Shown piece by piece: positions 38,331-52,708 of a stretch of DNA of 64,000 bases (positions are counted from its first letter, which is position 1; each line of letters starts with the position of its first letter). The stretch covers positions 67,210,419 through 67,274,418 of the forward strand of contig NC_068992.1 in assembly GCF_001194135.2 (NCBI RefSeq), in the 5' to 3' direction. This DNA is from Octopus bimaculoides. Its lineage: Eukaryota. A model generated the notes under the pieces. That model was not told the DNA's origin. It saw only the letters and a list, made by a program, of their open reading frames with translations, and did no database searches. Made by a program: the position numbers and the translations under genes.

Positions 38331-41300
38331 TGCTTGTAGTCGGCAGCTGACATTCAGTCAATCAATCAGGTGGCCATTTCTGGATGTGGTTTAGGTTGTT
38401 TGTATGTAAAGGAGCAGCACTAAGGCAATATTCTATTCAGGTTTTATCTTAAACTAGGCGCAGGAACAGTATTTGCTAGAATAGAAACCAATTTCTGGAA
38501 CATCAATGTTGAAATATTATCTGTCGTAATTTTTCTGAGTTGAACGACGGAGATCTATTTGTCTTTGCAAAAACAGATGTATGTTGGATTTTCAGCTTTT
38601 CTAAATCGTTTTCAAAATGTAATTAACAGCATCATTGTTTAATTGTCAATATTTATTTTGCCTGTCGTCTTATCTTAATTTTCTGCTTTTTATAATTTTC
38701 TGTTTTCACAACTTTTACAGAATTAAAAAAAAAATTTTCTCCTCGTGCCACTTTGGTACCAAAAAGTCATATAAATTTGCTAGTATACAAAGTTTACACG
38801 GAAATATTGAAATATAAAATGTGTCCATGACTAAGCTTTTGCACTCGCTCTTTGTTAAACGTGACCAACTCCAGGAAATTCTAAAGCAATTGTGAATGAA
38901 TGATAAAATAAAACAATGCAAGCAATATCAAAAAAGTAGAAAAAAACTTCTTCGTAATAATAATAATAATAATAATTATAATAATGTAATTATTTTTAAA
39001 AGAAGACACCAACAAATCAGTTGTAGAACACAAGAAATATTGTCTTTTGTTTGTAACGTTTACAACTTCCGTCTTCAAATTTTATCAATGTTACGCTAGC
39101 TTTAATTAAGTTATGCCATCCGGCTGTACATATTTGACAACTGTCGCCTGATTTAGTTAGCAGCAGAGATATTTGCAGTATCAGCAGAATGAATAGCACT
39201 AGCACGCGCCGCTAACACATTTGAAAAGAAAGACGTGAGCATAGAGTGATAAGCATCAGTAGTAGTATTAAAGAAAAGGTCAAATTATTGCAGCAACAGC
39301 AGCCTGCAGCGAACAGGCTTGCTGCATTATACAAAAGAAGATTTACAATTTTATGCATGGAGATAAGTATCTCATTTTATAAGCTGATTAACGCGCATTC
39401 TTTCAATGAAATCGGAAAGAAGGAATTTGACAAAAATAGATATCACTCTCACTACCTCATGTTTATGTATTCCCCCCCCCCACTTTTTTTTTCGCGGTTT
39501 TAAAAAGATAAATAATATTTTGAGAAGAGATTTCCTGATACAATCAAATAGATCAGATATGTTAGTGTGACAGAAAATAAAATTAATCGAATTCTGACTG
39601 CAAGTCTAAAAGTGAAAATTATATAAGTGATATAAAGGGGCGGAATATATATTGTCATAAAACATTCTTTTGGCCGAGTGAAAGCTATAAACACGCTGCT
39701 GAGTTGGATGACGTTTCAAGAGGAAATATGCAGAATAGCAAATTATTTTAGCTGTCAGAGAAAGTATAAATTTAAATTATTATATGAATATGCGTAATTG
39801 TAATCTTGCTGACATATTTAAAATACAACAATCTAGGAAATAATTTACATACCAAAATTGAATATAATTTTACAGAGAAATAATAAGATGAAAATGATTA
39901 GAAATTATTCATATTTAGGAAATATATTATTTTTAATGTTTCTCTAATATTCATTTTGAGTTTGCATTGAAGGCAAACATATGTAATTTTTCATTCATTT
40001 AGAATTGCAGAATATATTTTGAACACATTAATTTTTATTAACAGAGAAAGTTTTATTTTTTACCATCAATTTAATTTTTTTTTCTAATTTTTAAAATTCC
40101 GAAATCATATGTTAAGTGAAAATAAGCAATTTTGAAATAATGGCTCAAAATTGATTGCTTCGGGGATGATTGTGATTTGAAACAACACGAGTATTGTACG
40201 GAATAATATCAATTTAGGAATTTAGCGGACTCTTGGCGAGGTTGTAGACCCTCTTATATACAGTTTCTTATTGCTTTACTGCCCACAAGGGGCTACAGAG
40301 GGGACAAACAAGGACAGACAAACAGATCCTCCTATATACAGTTTCTGTGGAGTGATGCAATACTTTGCTTATTGTTGTTTATACCGATTCCTTTGAAACC
40401 AAATGTAAATATGTGGAAATAAGTTCCCTCAAACCGGTTGCCACTGTTACCAAAATATAAACCTATAATAAAAGAACATTCATCGTTCACAAATGATTTC
40501 TATATTTACGTTTATCTAAGAATATCAAAATTTTAAATTTTATAATCTCAGCTACATGGTTTTAACATATAATGAAATCGATTTGTTTTTGATATTATTT
40601 AATTTAACTTTCATGGACCATATTTACAACATTCTGAAAGGAATATTGATATTCACTGAAAATACAGGATTGTATTGATTTGGATTTTTTCTAAGACTGA
40701 AAAAAAAAATGTTATGAGATTTGTAAGCGATTGAAAATGTAGGTTAAACATGCACAGATTTGAAATACATCTTGAAAAAAAAATTAATTGCTTTCAAAAA
40801 TTCTAATATAATGCTTTAAACCCTTGGAGCTACATAAAGAGAAAACAATGCGAAAATAAACTTTGCTTTCTCTCTTTTAGTTCGATTTCTACGCTTGATG
40901 ACATCTTAATAGCACGCTATATCTCATTCCTTTTCTATATGTTTATACTCAAACTTTTAAATTCTTGGAGACACACTCCCTCCGCTTGATTTATTAAATA
41001 TTCTCTGCCACTTTTACATTCTTGGGACATAAAAATTCCATAAATATATTACAAGATGGACTTAATACATGCATATCAACACATACACGCACATCTCACT
41101 CAACACATATATTGTTCAGTGATTTCTTTGATTTACTCTTTGAAATATAATTAAGGTGAATATTTAAAAAGAAATACCTTCTTCCATTCGTGCTTCCTTA
41201 TTTACCATACCCCCACCCCAATATTCGCAAATGTTTTTCACCTTGAAATATTTTTATTCTTAATGCAGCACTGAAGTCTTCATGCATCATCTGAATAAAA

Positions 41301-41390
41301 CTGTCATAACCTGTCTTGAATGATGCCTTCTAAATTAAATTCTTTCGTTGCTGAGCATTATCATTCAAACTCTTTTTTTACAATCGACGT

Positions 41391-41617
41391 GAGAACTAGC
41401 AGAGAGATTAGCACGCCGGGCGAAATGCTTAGAGGCATTTCGTATGCCGTTACTTTCTGAGTTCAAATTCCGCCGAGGTCAACCTTACCATTCATCCTTT
41501 AGAGGCCGATTAAATAAGTACTAGCTACGCACTGAGGTCGATGTAATCGACTTAAACCCTTTGTCTGTTCCTGTTTGTCCCCTCTATGTTTAGCCCCCTG
41601 TGAGTAATAAAGAAATA
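41391..41617 (+). mobile_element. SINE family A, near full-length
   Basis: gagaactagcagagagattagcacgccgggcgaaatgcttag..ctgagttcaaattccgccgaggtc..tttgtctgttcctgtttgtcccctctatgtttagccccctgtgagtaataaagaaata. Confidence 0.92.
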
Positions 41618-44464
41618 TATATATATATAATATCATCTACCAAATATGGTTTCTTTAGAGTTATATTTTTTTCGAGCACCGCCATATATTCAGGAGAAGA
41701 ATTCCAAACCTCTTCGTAAAACTAGTTCTCTGCATGCTAACCTATTTTTTCGAATAGTTTTAGCAGATCAGTTGCCCATTCTAAAGTAGATATCAATTAC
41801 ACTAAAGACGTTGTTAACCATATTGAGAGCTATTTTTTGATCCACTTCTCCTGGTCACGCTCATACTTCTGATATATTACATCAAACGAGGCATGCAAGC
41901 CAACTCATCTATACTCTGTTCCTTAACAATTTACATCTTGCACTAGAATTCACTCTAACCATCTTGGATACTAGCCAAATTTCTTGATATTCCTGTTGCA
42001 GTCGTCACTATTCACTATCTATATCAATATTCTATGCGCCCAAAGTTTGTTCGGACTTCTCCCTCTAAGTCCATTCTCTTGTTATCACATAGCCATTGGT
42101 CTCTAACATAATATAAACTCTGGTTAAAACTTCAAAACTGGCGTAAAGCGCCATAGCTCTTTGGAATGTTACCCTTGATGAATTGTTGATAATGTTAAAA
42201 TTTCTAAAATTTGGTTATTCATTGATTTCGCGTCTATGTGGCAGTAGAGTCGATATTCTATAACATTTAATACATTCCCCTGGATTGTATTGTTCAATCT
42301 TGAAATAGCTCGTGCTGTTTTAGTATCTCCGCGTCACTTAGGGAGGAAAAGTTGTCATTCTGATAGCGTTCGCTCAGGTCATTGAACGCTCACTCCTCGG
42401 ATGCTTTTTTGTATTACTTTATCACTCACAGTAATCCACATAAACGACAACGCAAATCTTTTTCACATCAATGTCAGCTTTAACCGTATTTAATCGGAAC
42501 AGCGAGTCAGTTTTGTTGAAGAATCCCAACACAAAATTATGTGAAGCTAACATCTTCAATTCAGCTTCTAAAGTGTAACATCAGAATGTTTTTTTTTTTT
42601 TACTAAAAACCATTGAATCATAAATAAATAAGAACAATAACGTTAAAATGCATAAATAAGCATTGTAAACATTTCAGGATTAGAATTGTAAATAGTTTTG
42701 GTGCGATTGGGGTGGGGGTGAGGTCTACAGATTTTAAATGAAATTTTCAAGAAATAGAGTAGGGAAAATCATCTGAATCCCCATCGATATACAAATTTTG
42801 AAATCCACTTCTAGTTGACTTTTGAAAGGCATGGATGTCAACATATCACATATAATTATAGATTCTAATATACAAAGTGAAAATTTATATATGTATATAT
42901 ATATATATATCTTGTACGTTAAAGAAGTGAGCAAAAAAGTAATATGGACACGCAGGCACACAAATATTAGCGTATACGTTTAAAGTATATATGATAATAT
43001 ACATATACATATATAGCTGTTACTCAACATATAGTTTTTATGTTTCACATAATATTTGTCAGAAATTATATAATATTAAAAGGCAAGATATTTCTTATAT
43101 GGTAATTTTTCCTGCTTAATAATAACGTCCTTTTGTACAACATCGAACTCTTTAATATCCTATTCAGAATGCTAATAAATTTCCTCTTATTCACTTGTAT
43201 ATTACTTGCTATTCAAAGAACTGAAACGGACGAGATTCTAAAAGGTGATCTGCTTACTTTGATTAAAAGTTGTTGAAATGTGAATATTATTAGTAGTATT
43301 CTAACAAGAAATGTATGATAAAAGAGAGATGATAAAAGCTAGAAATATGATAAAACCTATGTCAAAGATAATAAAAGTTGGGTCGAATTCTTAGACAAAT
43401 GAGATTTATACACAAGTGAATTTATGAAGACATCAAATATTTTACACCGAATGTACAAAAAGATTACACAACAAAAACCTAAAAAGCAACAAAACATATT
43501 ATTTCTTTTTATATGAGTATATTTAACTTACCATATTTGTATATAGTAATTTAGTCGTTTCATGTATTTTACCTCTTATATTTATAACTTCAACTTTACG
43601 GTGCCATTGTTCATAAGATTTCTTCATTGAATCACTAATTAAAGTTAGTCATTAAAATCGGTTAGTTTGCTACAATTGTTTCTACGATCAATATTCATAT
43701 GCAGCATACTCATTCATGAATTACATTCATTAAAATCTATTCAGCTTTTATAAATGGTATCCATAACTCACGCAAGTTTCATTGCTTGAAGCTGCTGAAA
43801 TATGAATATCTCTCGATAAGCATGATGTAACCTCGATTACATGCCAGCATGTCAAATGGCAGCATATGTTTACAACAGATTTCATTGCAGTTAAGTTTGA
43901 AATTTAATCCAAAAATACTTCGCAAAGAAATATCAGTCATGTTAAACTGAATAGAATTTTATCAGTGTCTTTGTAGTGATCATGTAAACCTAGGTATCTC
44001 TTTAGATGTGCTAGTTAACAGCTATCTGTTGCCTTGTCAAATGTAAGAGGTATTTGATTTGCATTTAGTGGGAAGACAATCGAAAAAGGACGAGAGAAAA
44101 TATTAATTGAAAATAACACCACTGTGAGATTGGGAAGCGATAAGGTGAGATATATCGCTCAGATCTATATACTTCACAGTGTATGTATTACTCACAATAT
44201 ACCTGGGTCAAGTTATCTCCTCTCCATTACACAGTATCGGAACCAAGTCTGTAAGTGTCATCTGTACGTCGTGTTTTAAGAAAACAATTACAGCTGTCAG
44301 CTTAAGATGTATGATATCTTAAAATAGCGTGGAGTTGATATCGTATTAGTACGATATCGATCAGACACACAGACACAGGCACAGACACACACTCATAAGG
44401 AAAAATGCTGGCATAGTTTATGCACACACACACGCACATACATAGTTACATATGTTTATATATA

Positions 44465-44655
44465 TTTTGACACAATGTCAGCAAGTTCGAGAGCGGAGTA
44501 AATCGATTATGTCGAACCGACTGCTCCACTAATGCTTATTTTATCGACCCCCGAAAGGTTGAAAGCCAAAGTGAACCTCGGTGGAATTTGAACTCAATAT
44601 ATAAAGTCGGACTAAATGCCGCTAAGCATCTCGCCCGGTCAACTCACCGAGCTCT
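44465..44655 (-). mobile_element. SINE family A copy
   Basis: ttattttatcgacccccgaaaggttgaaagccaaagtgaacctcggtggaatttgaactc..aaatgccgctaagcatctcgcccgg. Confidence 0.85.
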
Positions 44656-45179
44656 CTTTCTCTGTCTCTCTCACTCTCTCACACACACACTCTCTCTCCT
44701 ACTCTCTCTTTATGTATATCTCTCTATCTATTTATCTATCTATGTATATATATATATAGTTGAAATTTGTAGAAAAACAAAAGACGCCGTAAGCTTGCAG
44801 AAGCATGCTCAATGTCTCTGTAGTAGACTCTCTCCAAGCTTAACACAACATTTCACGTTGGCTCTTTGTTCCAGATTCCTATCCATCACAAAAATCACAG
44901 ACTACAGCATACACATGATCACAAAAACACAAATTTGACAACTTGCAAAGTAAACACAGTGATGTCACTCAGCACACTGCCTCATGAAGGTCACTGTCAG
45001 CTCTTACTGCGCACACAACAGTGTGCTGCCATCTGTTGATGCGCTAAAGAACTGGTGTACGAACTTTTGAGATGAACCGTTTAAGATGACCAATCTGTGA
45101 TTGGATGCCGCAAGTATTTGGACCAATCCCGTCGATAATAGCAAGCTTCCCTGAGAAACTAAGAATTTGCTTATCAACT

Positions 45180-45339
45180 ACATGGAGCCAACATTACATG
45201 GTTGCAGGTTCGATTTTACTGCGTGACACCTTGCGGATGTGTCCTTTACCACAGCCTCAAACCTTGTGAGTGAATTTAGTAAGCAGGAAACAGAGAGAAG
45301 CCTATCGTTTATACACACACACACACACGCACGCACACA

Positions 45340-45432
<93 letters not shown>

Positions 45433-45600
45433 GTGGTTGTTTGTATGTATGTATCTATATGCTTACGTGTGTGTCTTTGCGTTCGTTTATATTCGTCATC
45501 ACACTTGGCAACTGGTGCTGGTAGTTTTGCGGTTCGGCAAAAGAGACAGATGCAATAAGTAGCATCTCGTGTCGTCTGTTGTTTTAAAATTTTTCAAGGT
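45180..45600 (+). mobile_element. SINE family B copy with an internal (CA)n tract
   Basis: catggttgcaggttcgattttactgcgtgacaccttg..aaaccttgtgagtgaatttagtaagcaggaaac..(ca)n..gtagttttgcggttcggcaaaagagac..gtgctccagcatgg; homologous to 19619-19988. Confidence 0.8.
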
Positions 45601-46511
45601 AGTGCTCCAGCATGGTAACTGTTTAATGCCTAAAATAAGCAAATGATAAAAAGTTGAACGTTATGTACACGCAAAAGCTTTTCCGCTTTCTACCAGTATC
45701 CATTTACACTTCACCAATCGGATACAATCTGATACTTTCTGTCCCTTATCCATCGTCGTTGTTTAGGCTAGACTCGCACTTTCCTTTATGCATCACTTCA
45801 TCCGTAATTCATCCCTTTCACATATATTTTAGCAGCAACGACTTCAGATATTTTGCTTTAAAACCTGTTTTTCTCTGTTTCAACTTCAACTTACTGCTAC
45901 CACTTCCCAGATTCTTCAACTACAAACAAGCAATCGATTCTCTGATTTCTTCAGCTGGAGACGCATAACTTCAAAAAGGTCATCCATGCTGATTTCATTG
46001 CATACAACTCTTGTTCCTCGCACTTCTTTACTACTGTTGCTGTTTGTGCACGAAATATGTCTTCTCTGCAATATTAAAAGCCACCAATGATACAAGAAGC
46101 AGTCAATAATCACAGACACCCAACTTTTATTTATTTATCAGTGGTTTCCCGTCGCCATGCTGTGAAAGCAATAGACACACACGCACTCACATTAATAAAT
46201 ATATACTTGTATATAAATATATCCTGTCATGTATATGTGTGTGAGTGTATTCCTCGGTGTCAGACTCCGTACATAAGTCGACCGTTGTCAACATAATAAA
46301 GGAAGTAATTAAATAGTAATGTTTGATAATTTTGTTTAAATACCGACAGTAAATATTAGCAATAACATCGAAAATCTGTCAAATGCTCAAATTATAATTT
46401 ACAGCATTACACTGTCATAGAGTCTACAGAATACATAAAATAATTTTATGTATATACCACGCTAATATAATATGATAGGATATTTCTGTACTTATTATTT
46501 ATTCGTAACTG

Positions 46512-46920
46512 AAGGCACTGAGTTGGCAGAATCTCTAGTATGTCAGGCGAAATTCTTAGCGGTATTTCGTCTGTCTTTACGTTGAGTTCAAATTCCGACG
46601 AGGTCGACATTGTCTTTCATCCTTTCGAGGTCGATAACTTAAATACCAGTTGCGTACTGGTGTCGATCTAATCGACTGGCCCCCTCCCACAAAATTTTGG
46701 GTATTGTGCCTACAGTAGGAAATAATCGTTAGCACGCCGGACAAAATACTTAGCGGCTTTTCATCCGTCTTTATGTTCTGAGTTCAAATTCGGTGTGGTC
46801 GACTTTGCTTTTCATCCTTCCGGGGTCGATAAATTAAGTACAAGGGAAACACTGGGGTCGATATAATCGATTAGTCCCCTCCCCCCAAATTTCAGGCCTT
46901 GTGTCTTTAGTAGAAAAAAT
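46512..46920 (+). mobile_element. Two head-to-tail SINE family A copies
   Basis: Copy 1 runs 46512-46722 (gagttggcagaatc..gagttcaaattccgacgaggtcgac..gtgcctacagtaggaaat). Copy 2 starts at 46728 with cgttagcacgccgg, lacks the extreme 5' end, and ends gtgtctttagtagaaaaaat. Confidence 0.9.
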
Positions 46921-48131
46921 TATTTATTGGAAAGTGAAAGTTGATCTTAACAATAAGTAAATTAACTGCTTTAATAAGGGCTTAAATCCTTCAATAATAG
47001 TCATTCCTTATTCTACATGGAGGTAGGGGTCAGGATTATAATGCTGAAGTCTCTGTTGTGCTTTTTAATCACATGCTTTTTAATACACATACACACATAC
47101 AATGTTACCACACACACACAAAAAAAACCCAATAATGCTACCACACACAATGCTACAACACACACTCAAACATACAGTGCTAACGTTTCTGCCAGCTCGC
47201 CGCCTTCAACTGATCTATTATTGGGACCCTCATGTATTATCATGATCTATTATTGTGACCCTTAAAGAGATTATTATCTATTGGTAGCAGAATTTGAACA
47301 TAAAATAAAACTCTTATAATTCGAGATTTTAGCAGTGGTAACACAGAACTGGCCAATCCTCCACCGTAGAATTTTATATATATGTCGAAGAAATCGATAT
47401 CGGAAAATTGTGAATATTGTAAAAGTAATACAGAGAAAAACAAAAGTGCGTTAAATGCTATTCAGAGACTTTTTTTTTGTTTCAAAAATGTAAGTTTATA
47501 AAAGATTGTCAGTGAAAAAGGAAACGAATGACAAATAAATATTTAACATAATAAAGTCTGATAAATTCACACATGAAATGCGTGTTGTGTATTTCACTAT
47601 AATTCAGTTGAATTTGATTTTTTGAGACTGCTGCATTAAAAAGGATAAACTTTTCTTTGATTCCAGAATACGTTTTAAACGCTGCGATATTTCGTCTTGT
47701 ATAGATTTCTTCAAAGATATCTTGGAAAACAATAGAAATAATGCCATATTTTATATGTACAAAGAAATACTGATCAAATACGGAACAATGCAATTATCTT
47801 GGAGACTGATTGAATAGATATTCGCACTATCATTTTTGTCTTCGGTAAATTTAGGAGGAAAAAAAAATTTCGTAAAGAATAACCATTTCTTCTGGGGGAG
47901 TAAAAAAAGATATCATTACAGACCCCGTCATTATTTGCGAGTCTATCTTTAGTCTTTCATCCCGCAGACATTTATTGATGCTCTCGTATCGGAAATGTTT
48001 AGCGTTATTGCTCACAAATTGGTTGCTTGGTTAACATTATTAATTCAATGCATTTGTCTCAAAGATTGTCTGTATACATGCATGAATGAATGCATGTATG
48101 TATGTAAGTATGTGTATATATGTATGTATGC

Positions 48132-48179
<48 letters not shown>

Positions 48180-48230
48180 NNNNNNNNNNNNNNNNNNNNN
48201 NNNNNNNNNNNNNNNNNNNNNNNNNNNNNN

Positions 48231-48288
<58 letters not shown>

Positions 48289-49252
48289 CATAAATACATA
48301 CACATACATACATGTATACATATATGTATATATGTGTCTGTGTATGTGTGTGGCTGTGCGTGTGTGTGTTTGTGTGTGTAATGCCGTGATTCGCTTGCTG
48401 AGAACTAAGTCACTCCCAATACAATGAGAGTGAATTCTTAACAGTCAACTGATAGATGAACTGTGTTACATGCATTATGGGGAACTTATATTCACTGATG
48501 GTATCTCTAACGTAAGCATGCGTTGATATTAACGGATGTGCCTGGATATGTTTGATTATGTACATAAACCTATACACAAACTATCGTAGGAATGACCAAA
48601 AGTTTAAAAAAGTCTATTTCAGAAATATATACACTCCATATTTGATCCCACGTTAATATATCTTCTAATGAAGCATCTGATTTCCGCAGCTATTGCGAGT
48701 GTAATTGGAAACATATGTCTGCAGTATATCCCTTTATTTACACGCGTTGTTTCGACACTTAACTGAATGAACAACTGGGAGCCGCGTCTTCGACAGTTCT
48801 GAAGACCCATTTATTTTCTCCCTTACACATATATATCTCAACAGCAGAAAGAAATGAAATGAAAAGCACCCATCTCAAATATGTGAACGTGTGTGTTAGC
48901 TATTTCAAGATGAAGATCTCAAAGAGTTTGTCGATGGAAAACTTGTTGGGCAGCGTTTGCTTTCTTGACTTTATGTACTGTTAGGTCGATTTATCAATTA
49001 CTATGTGTCATTAGCCACACTAGCAATAGATAAATATGAAAACCTAATAACTTCTCAATTAAGTATCTCTAAAGTACCTAGATTTTTTTTTAAAGAAATC
49101 TTCTACTAGGTATATTAGAATAAGTAGCCGAAGTCTGTATTATTTATAGATGTTTGTTTGTAAACCCTAAAATAGCACAATAACTAACCTCATGTACAAA
49201 GAACCTTGATTTGTCATCAGCGGACATTTATTGTGAGCTGAATATGGTGATA

Positions 49253-49461
49253 GACAGACAATTGGCCGACAGACAATTGGCCGACAGACAACTTACAGAC
49301 AGGACAATTGTGTGGTATGATGCAGAGTCCTGTTTCCAGACATAGGATGTTCCAGCAGCAACCCTCTTGACCCAGGACAGCAGAACCTCCTCCAGGCACT
49401 TGATGTAGGCTTCCGAATTGTCTGTCGGCGAATTGTCTGTCGACGAATTGTCTGCACGCGG
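49253..49461. mobile_element. Foldback-like element: inverted arrays of a 15-bp unit
   Basis: Left units gacagacaattggcc x2, gacagacaacttaca and gacaggacaattg (49253-49310); right units cgaattgtctgtcgg, cgaattgtctgtcga and cgaattgtctgcacg (49414-49458). In the same phase the units read ccgacagacaattgg vs ccgacagacaattcg, 14/15. Confidence 0.8.
49310..49410 (-). pseudogene. Tc1/mariner-superfamily transposase fragment (around the second catalytic Asp) enclosed by the foldback arms
   Basis: The stop-free minus-strand frame AYIKCLEEVLLSWVKRVAAGTSYVWKQDSASYH(T) matches the Tc1-type Y...L...vlPw......y.fQQD.AP.HT motif. Confidence 0.8.
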
Positions 49462-50243
49462 AATATAATACGTCTGTTTGTTCTTTTACTTACACGCATG
49501 ATTGAACCCTAAAACGATAACAAAATTCCTCTATCAAACCAACATCAGTTTCTCTATTATAGCTTTTTCTGCACCAACATACTTTACTTGTATAAACATA
49601 CTTTACTTGTATACTGTGTTCCACTTCCCCACACAATCACTACCCTTGTATGCCTGCACCATACGTATCTCTTACGCACATTACTCCAACTAATACAGAT
49701 TCAACTAACCTAGACTATGTCATGAAGTAAACCAATGTCTGATGAAACTTCTAAGTTACTATTTCCTTGTCAAAATTAATAAATATGCCTTTGCCTACAA
49801 TAGGTATTAAGTTATCCTTCAGCTTAATGCCAAATTGTCTTTGTGTATAACTTCCCATAATAACAATCATGAATTTTGGACCAAAGCGTGTTGCTCCTTG
49901 CGCATGTAGAAAATAACTCAATAATAGCAAAGGCAATATATCTGACGAAATATCCTGGCAATTGAACCTAGATTATACAGAACCAGAAAATAATACGTCT
50001 AGAAAATGAAGTATATAAAAGGATTTTAACATTTAAAGTAATCCATTGATTGAAATGGCAGGAGCCAGTTATCTGGGTTGATAAAGGGCAATAACCCTGG
50101 AACTAGTCCACAGATGTTGTTTTGTGCGCGGTGGAGATGCTGAATTTCTTGTTCGAAAAATAGAAGGACACAGAGAGTGTGTCGTATAGCCAGCTAGAAA
50201 CCTCCCTTGCAGTACAGCCATATTATGTTCGCAATTAGCTTTT

Positions 50244-50281
<38 letters not shown>

Positions 50282-50309
50282 AACATACATACATACATAT
50301 ATATATATG

Positions 50310-50362
<53 letters not shown>

Positions 50363-51530
50363 GTACACTCAAGCACACACAGACACAAGCACACAGACAG
50401 AGACACAAGCGCACACACACTCGGGCGCGCGCACACGTACATACAGGCATGCATCATCTCTCTGTACACTGTTGCATTGAAACTTTGAGAATAATTGGAT
50501 TTAGAATAATTGAGATATATTCCAGATCGGAACATGCATAAATAATGAGGAAAAAACCGGCTTTATTTTTTGCGATGTAACAATGATTAGTAATACGTTC
50601 AGTGTTTTTCTCACCGTGAAAAATATTTCAGTCTCCTCTGTGTATAGCGTATAATGTAATTATACTTGCATGACCTATATAGATAATCTGATTGACAACA
50701 GCACTAATAGAATTCACGGCACACCTTGGTGTACTTTCAAGTAAACGGAGAGAAGGCAGTGGCATCAACACAACTATTATTATACTATATCGCAAATTCT
50801 TTACTGAGACTATAAAATATAATCGAGCTATAACTATGGAAAATAAGGATGATATGGAAAATAATTCTATTAGACTCATATAAACTACCTTTAAAATCCG
50901 ATGCACATGACATTACTATTCTTTTGGCAGTAGAGAAGTAAGAGTGCAATACACCTCACTATAATAAAACATTTGTTGGACAAGTATGTTTGGAAAGTAG
51001 TTGCGAGTAGAGCTTAGGGAAAGTTTCGAGAAGTTTAACTGCTGTTTCGGTCAATATTGTTTAGTTTCCAAACTGAATTCAGAACAGACAATGAGGATAG
51101 TGGAGAAAGCTTGATCAATCTGTCTCTTAGATAGTAAATTTCTAATATAACTTTGTGGTGGTGATAGATGAAAAAAGATAGAGGCCGAGAAATGAAATTA
51201 TATGGACCGAAAGCTCAGGCATGAGCGGGAGATGAAGGAGAAAAGATTTAAGAGAAATATAGATGTGCCATCTTCTCAACCAGATGAAAGAAAGAGATTG
51301 CGTTCAATTCGAATAGAAGTGAGATCAAAGAGTTGAGAAGTGATAGACAAAGTAGGAACACATCCAGAATGATATTAAAAACACTTGCTTAATAAAAGTG
51401 CATTCGTTGAATAAATTTTGTTCAATAAAAGGCAATTAAAAAGAGTAAGGTGTGAAGGGCATCTATCTATCTATCTATCTAGAGTGAGAGAGAGAGATAG
51501 AGATAGGATAGAGTGAGTGAGTTAGCGAAC

Positions 51531-51581
<51 letters not shown>

Positions 51582-51986
51582 GAAGTTTGCCTGGTGCATG
51601 AGGTTAAGAAAACTGTTGGAAATGAAGAGTAGGAAGCAGATGAAGAGGAGTGAAATTCAACTATTTTGAAGAACAGATGACATGTGTGCAGGGGAGACAA
51701 TTTGATTGCGGAGATGGAGATGCAGACGACAACGAAAATTGTTCGGTCAGTAAAGTCGACCACGCATTCAAAAATCATCTCATCTATAACTGCGTAGTGC
51801 CAGAATAGAGCGCGGACTAATCGGCACTTTGGATGTAACTGAGTTGTTTGCGTTGGCTTGATACTGAAATCTAAATATTTACTGCAGAACTGGAGTCAAT
51901 ATAGTTTTTATGCCTATGTACCTATGAAGCTTGATAAGAATATAGCAGTGGGGGCAGTCCATTAAGCTGGGATAATAATATTATTG

Positions 51987-52281
51987 GTGAAGGCACGTGA
52001 TTTAGTGGTAATCATATGTAGCTAACGATCGTTAGGTCGTGATCTCTATTTCCGGCAGCCCATTCTGTTCTTTTAGCAGAACACTTTATTTCACGTCTTC
52101 TCAAAAATGAGCTGTACCTGTATTTCAGAGAGGCCAGCTTTGTCACATTCTGAATTTTCCAGAGAACTACATAAACGTTAAGCGTATCTATAGAGTGCCC
52201 AGCCACTTGCACGTCAGTTGCATTTGCAGGCTGTTTCGTTGATCGAATCAACTGCAGCACTCGTCGTCGTTACCGACGGAG
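51987..52281 (+). mobile_element. tRNA-derived SINE (family C)
   Basis: tRNA-like head gtgaaggcacgtgatttagtggta..gatcgttaggtcgtgatctc, then a CORE-like acactttatttcacgt..aaaatgagctgtacc and the tail gccacttgcacgt..gttgatcgaatcaactg..tcgtcgtcgttaccgacggag. Confidence 0.8.
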
Positions 52282-52674
52282 AAGCAAATATATATATGTT
52301 TGTATGTGTGTGTATGTGTGTGTGTGTGTGTGTTTATGTGCGTGTGTGTGTGTGTAATTTACAAATAATTAAAGACGAAATGAAGATTAGGTAACGTCAG
52401 TGGGTCCTTATGATTTGTTGCTGCCTGAAAGCTTGCTAAATACGTCAAGCAGTGGAAAAGAGAATGCAAAGCAGAAGAGAATGCCTGAGGCCCCTTTAGC
52501 TAAGGTAAAAAACAAAGAGAAAGAGAAGGAAAGAGAAGATCATTACTGAGAGAGACCGAAAGCGAAGCGTTGAATCGACAAACATGGTGAGAATACACAG
52601 AAACTCCTGGGCATTAAATTGTGTTGGAGGCTTATAACACTATATATACATACATTCACGCACATATATGCACA

Positions 52675-52708
<34 letters not shown>

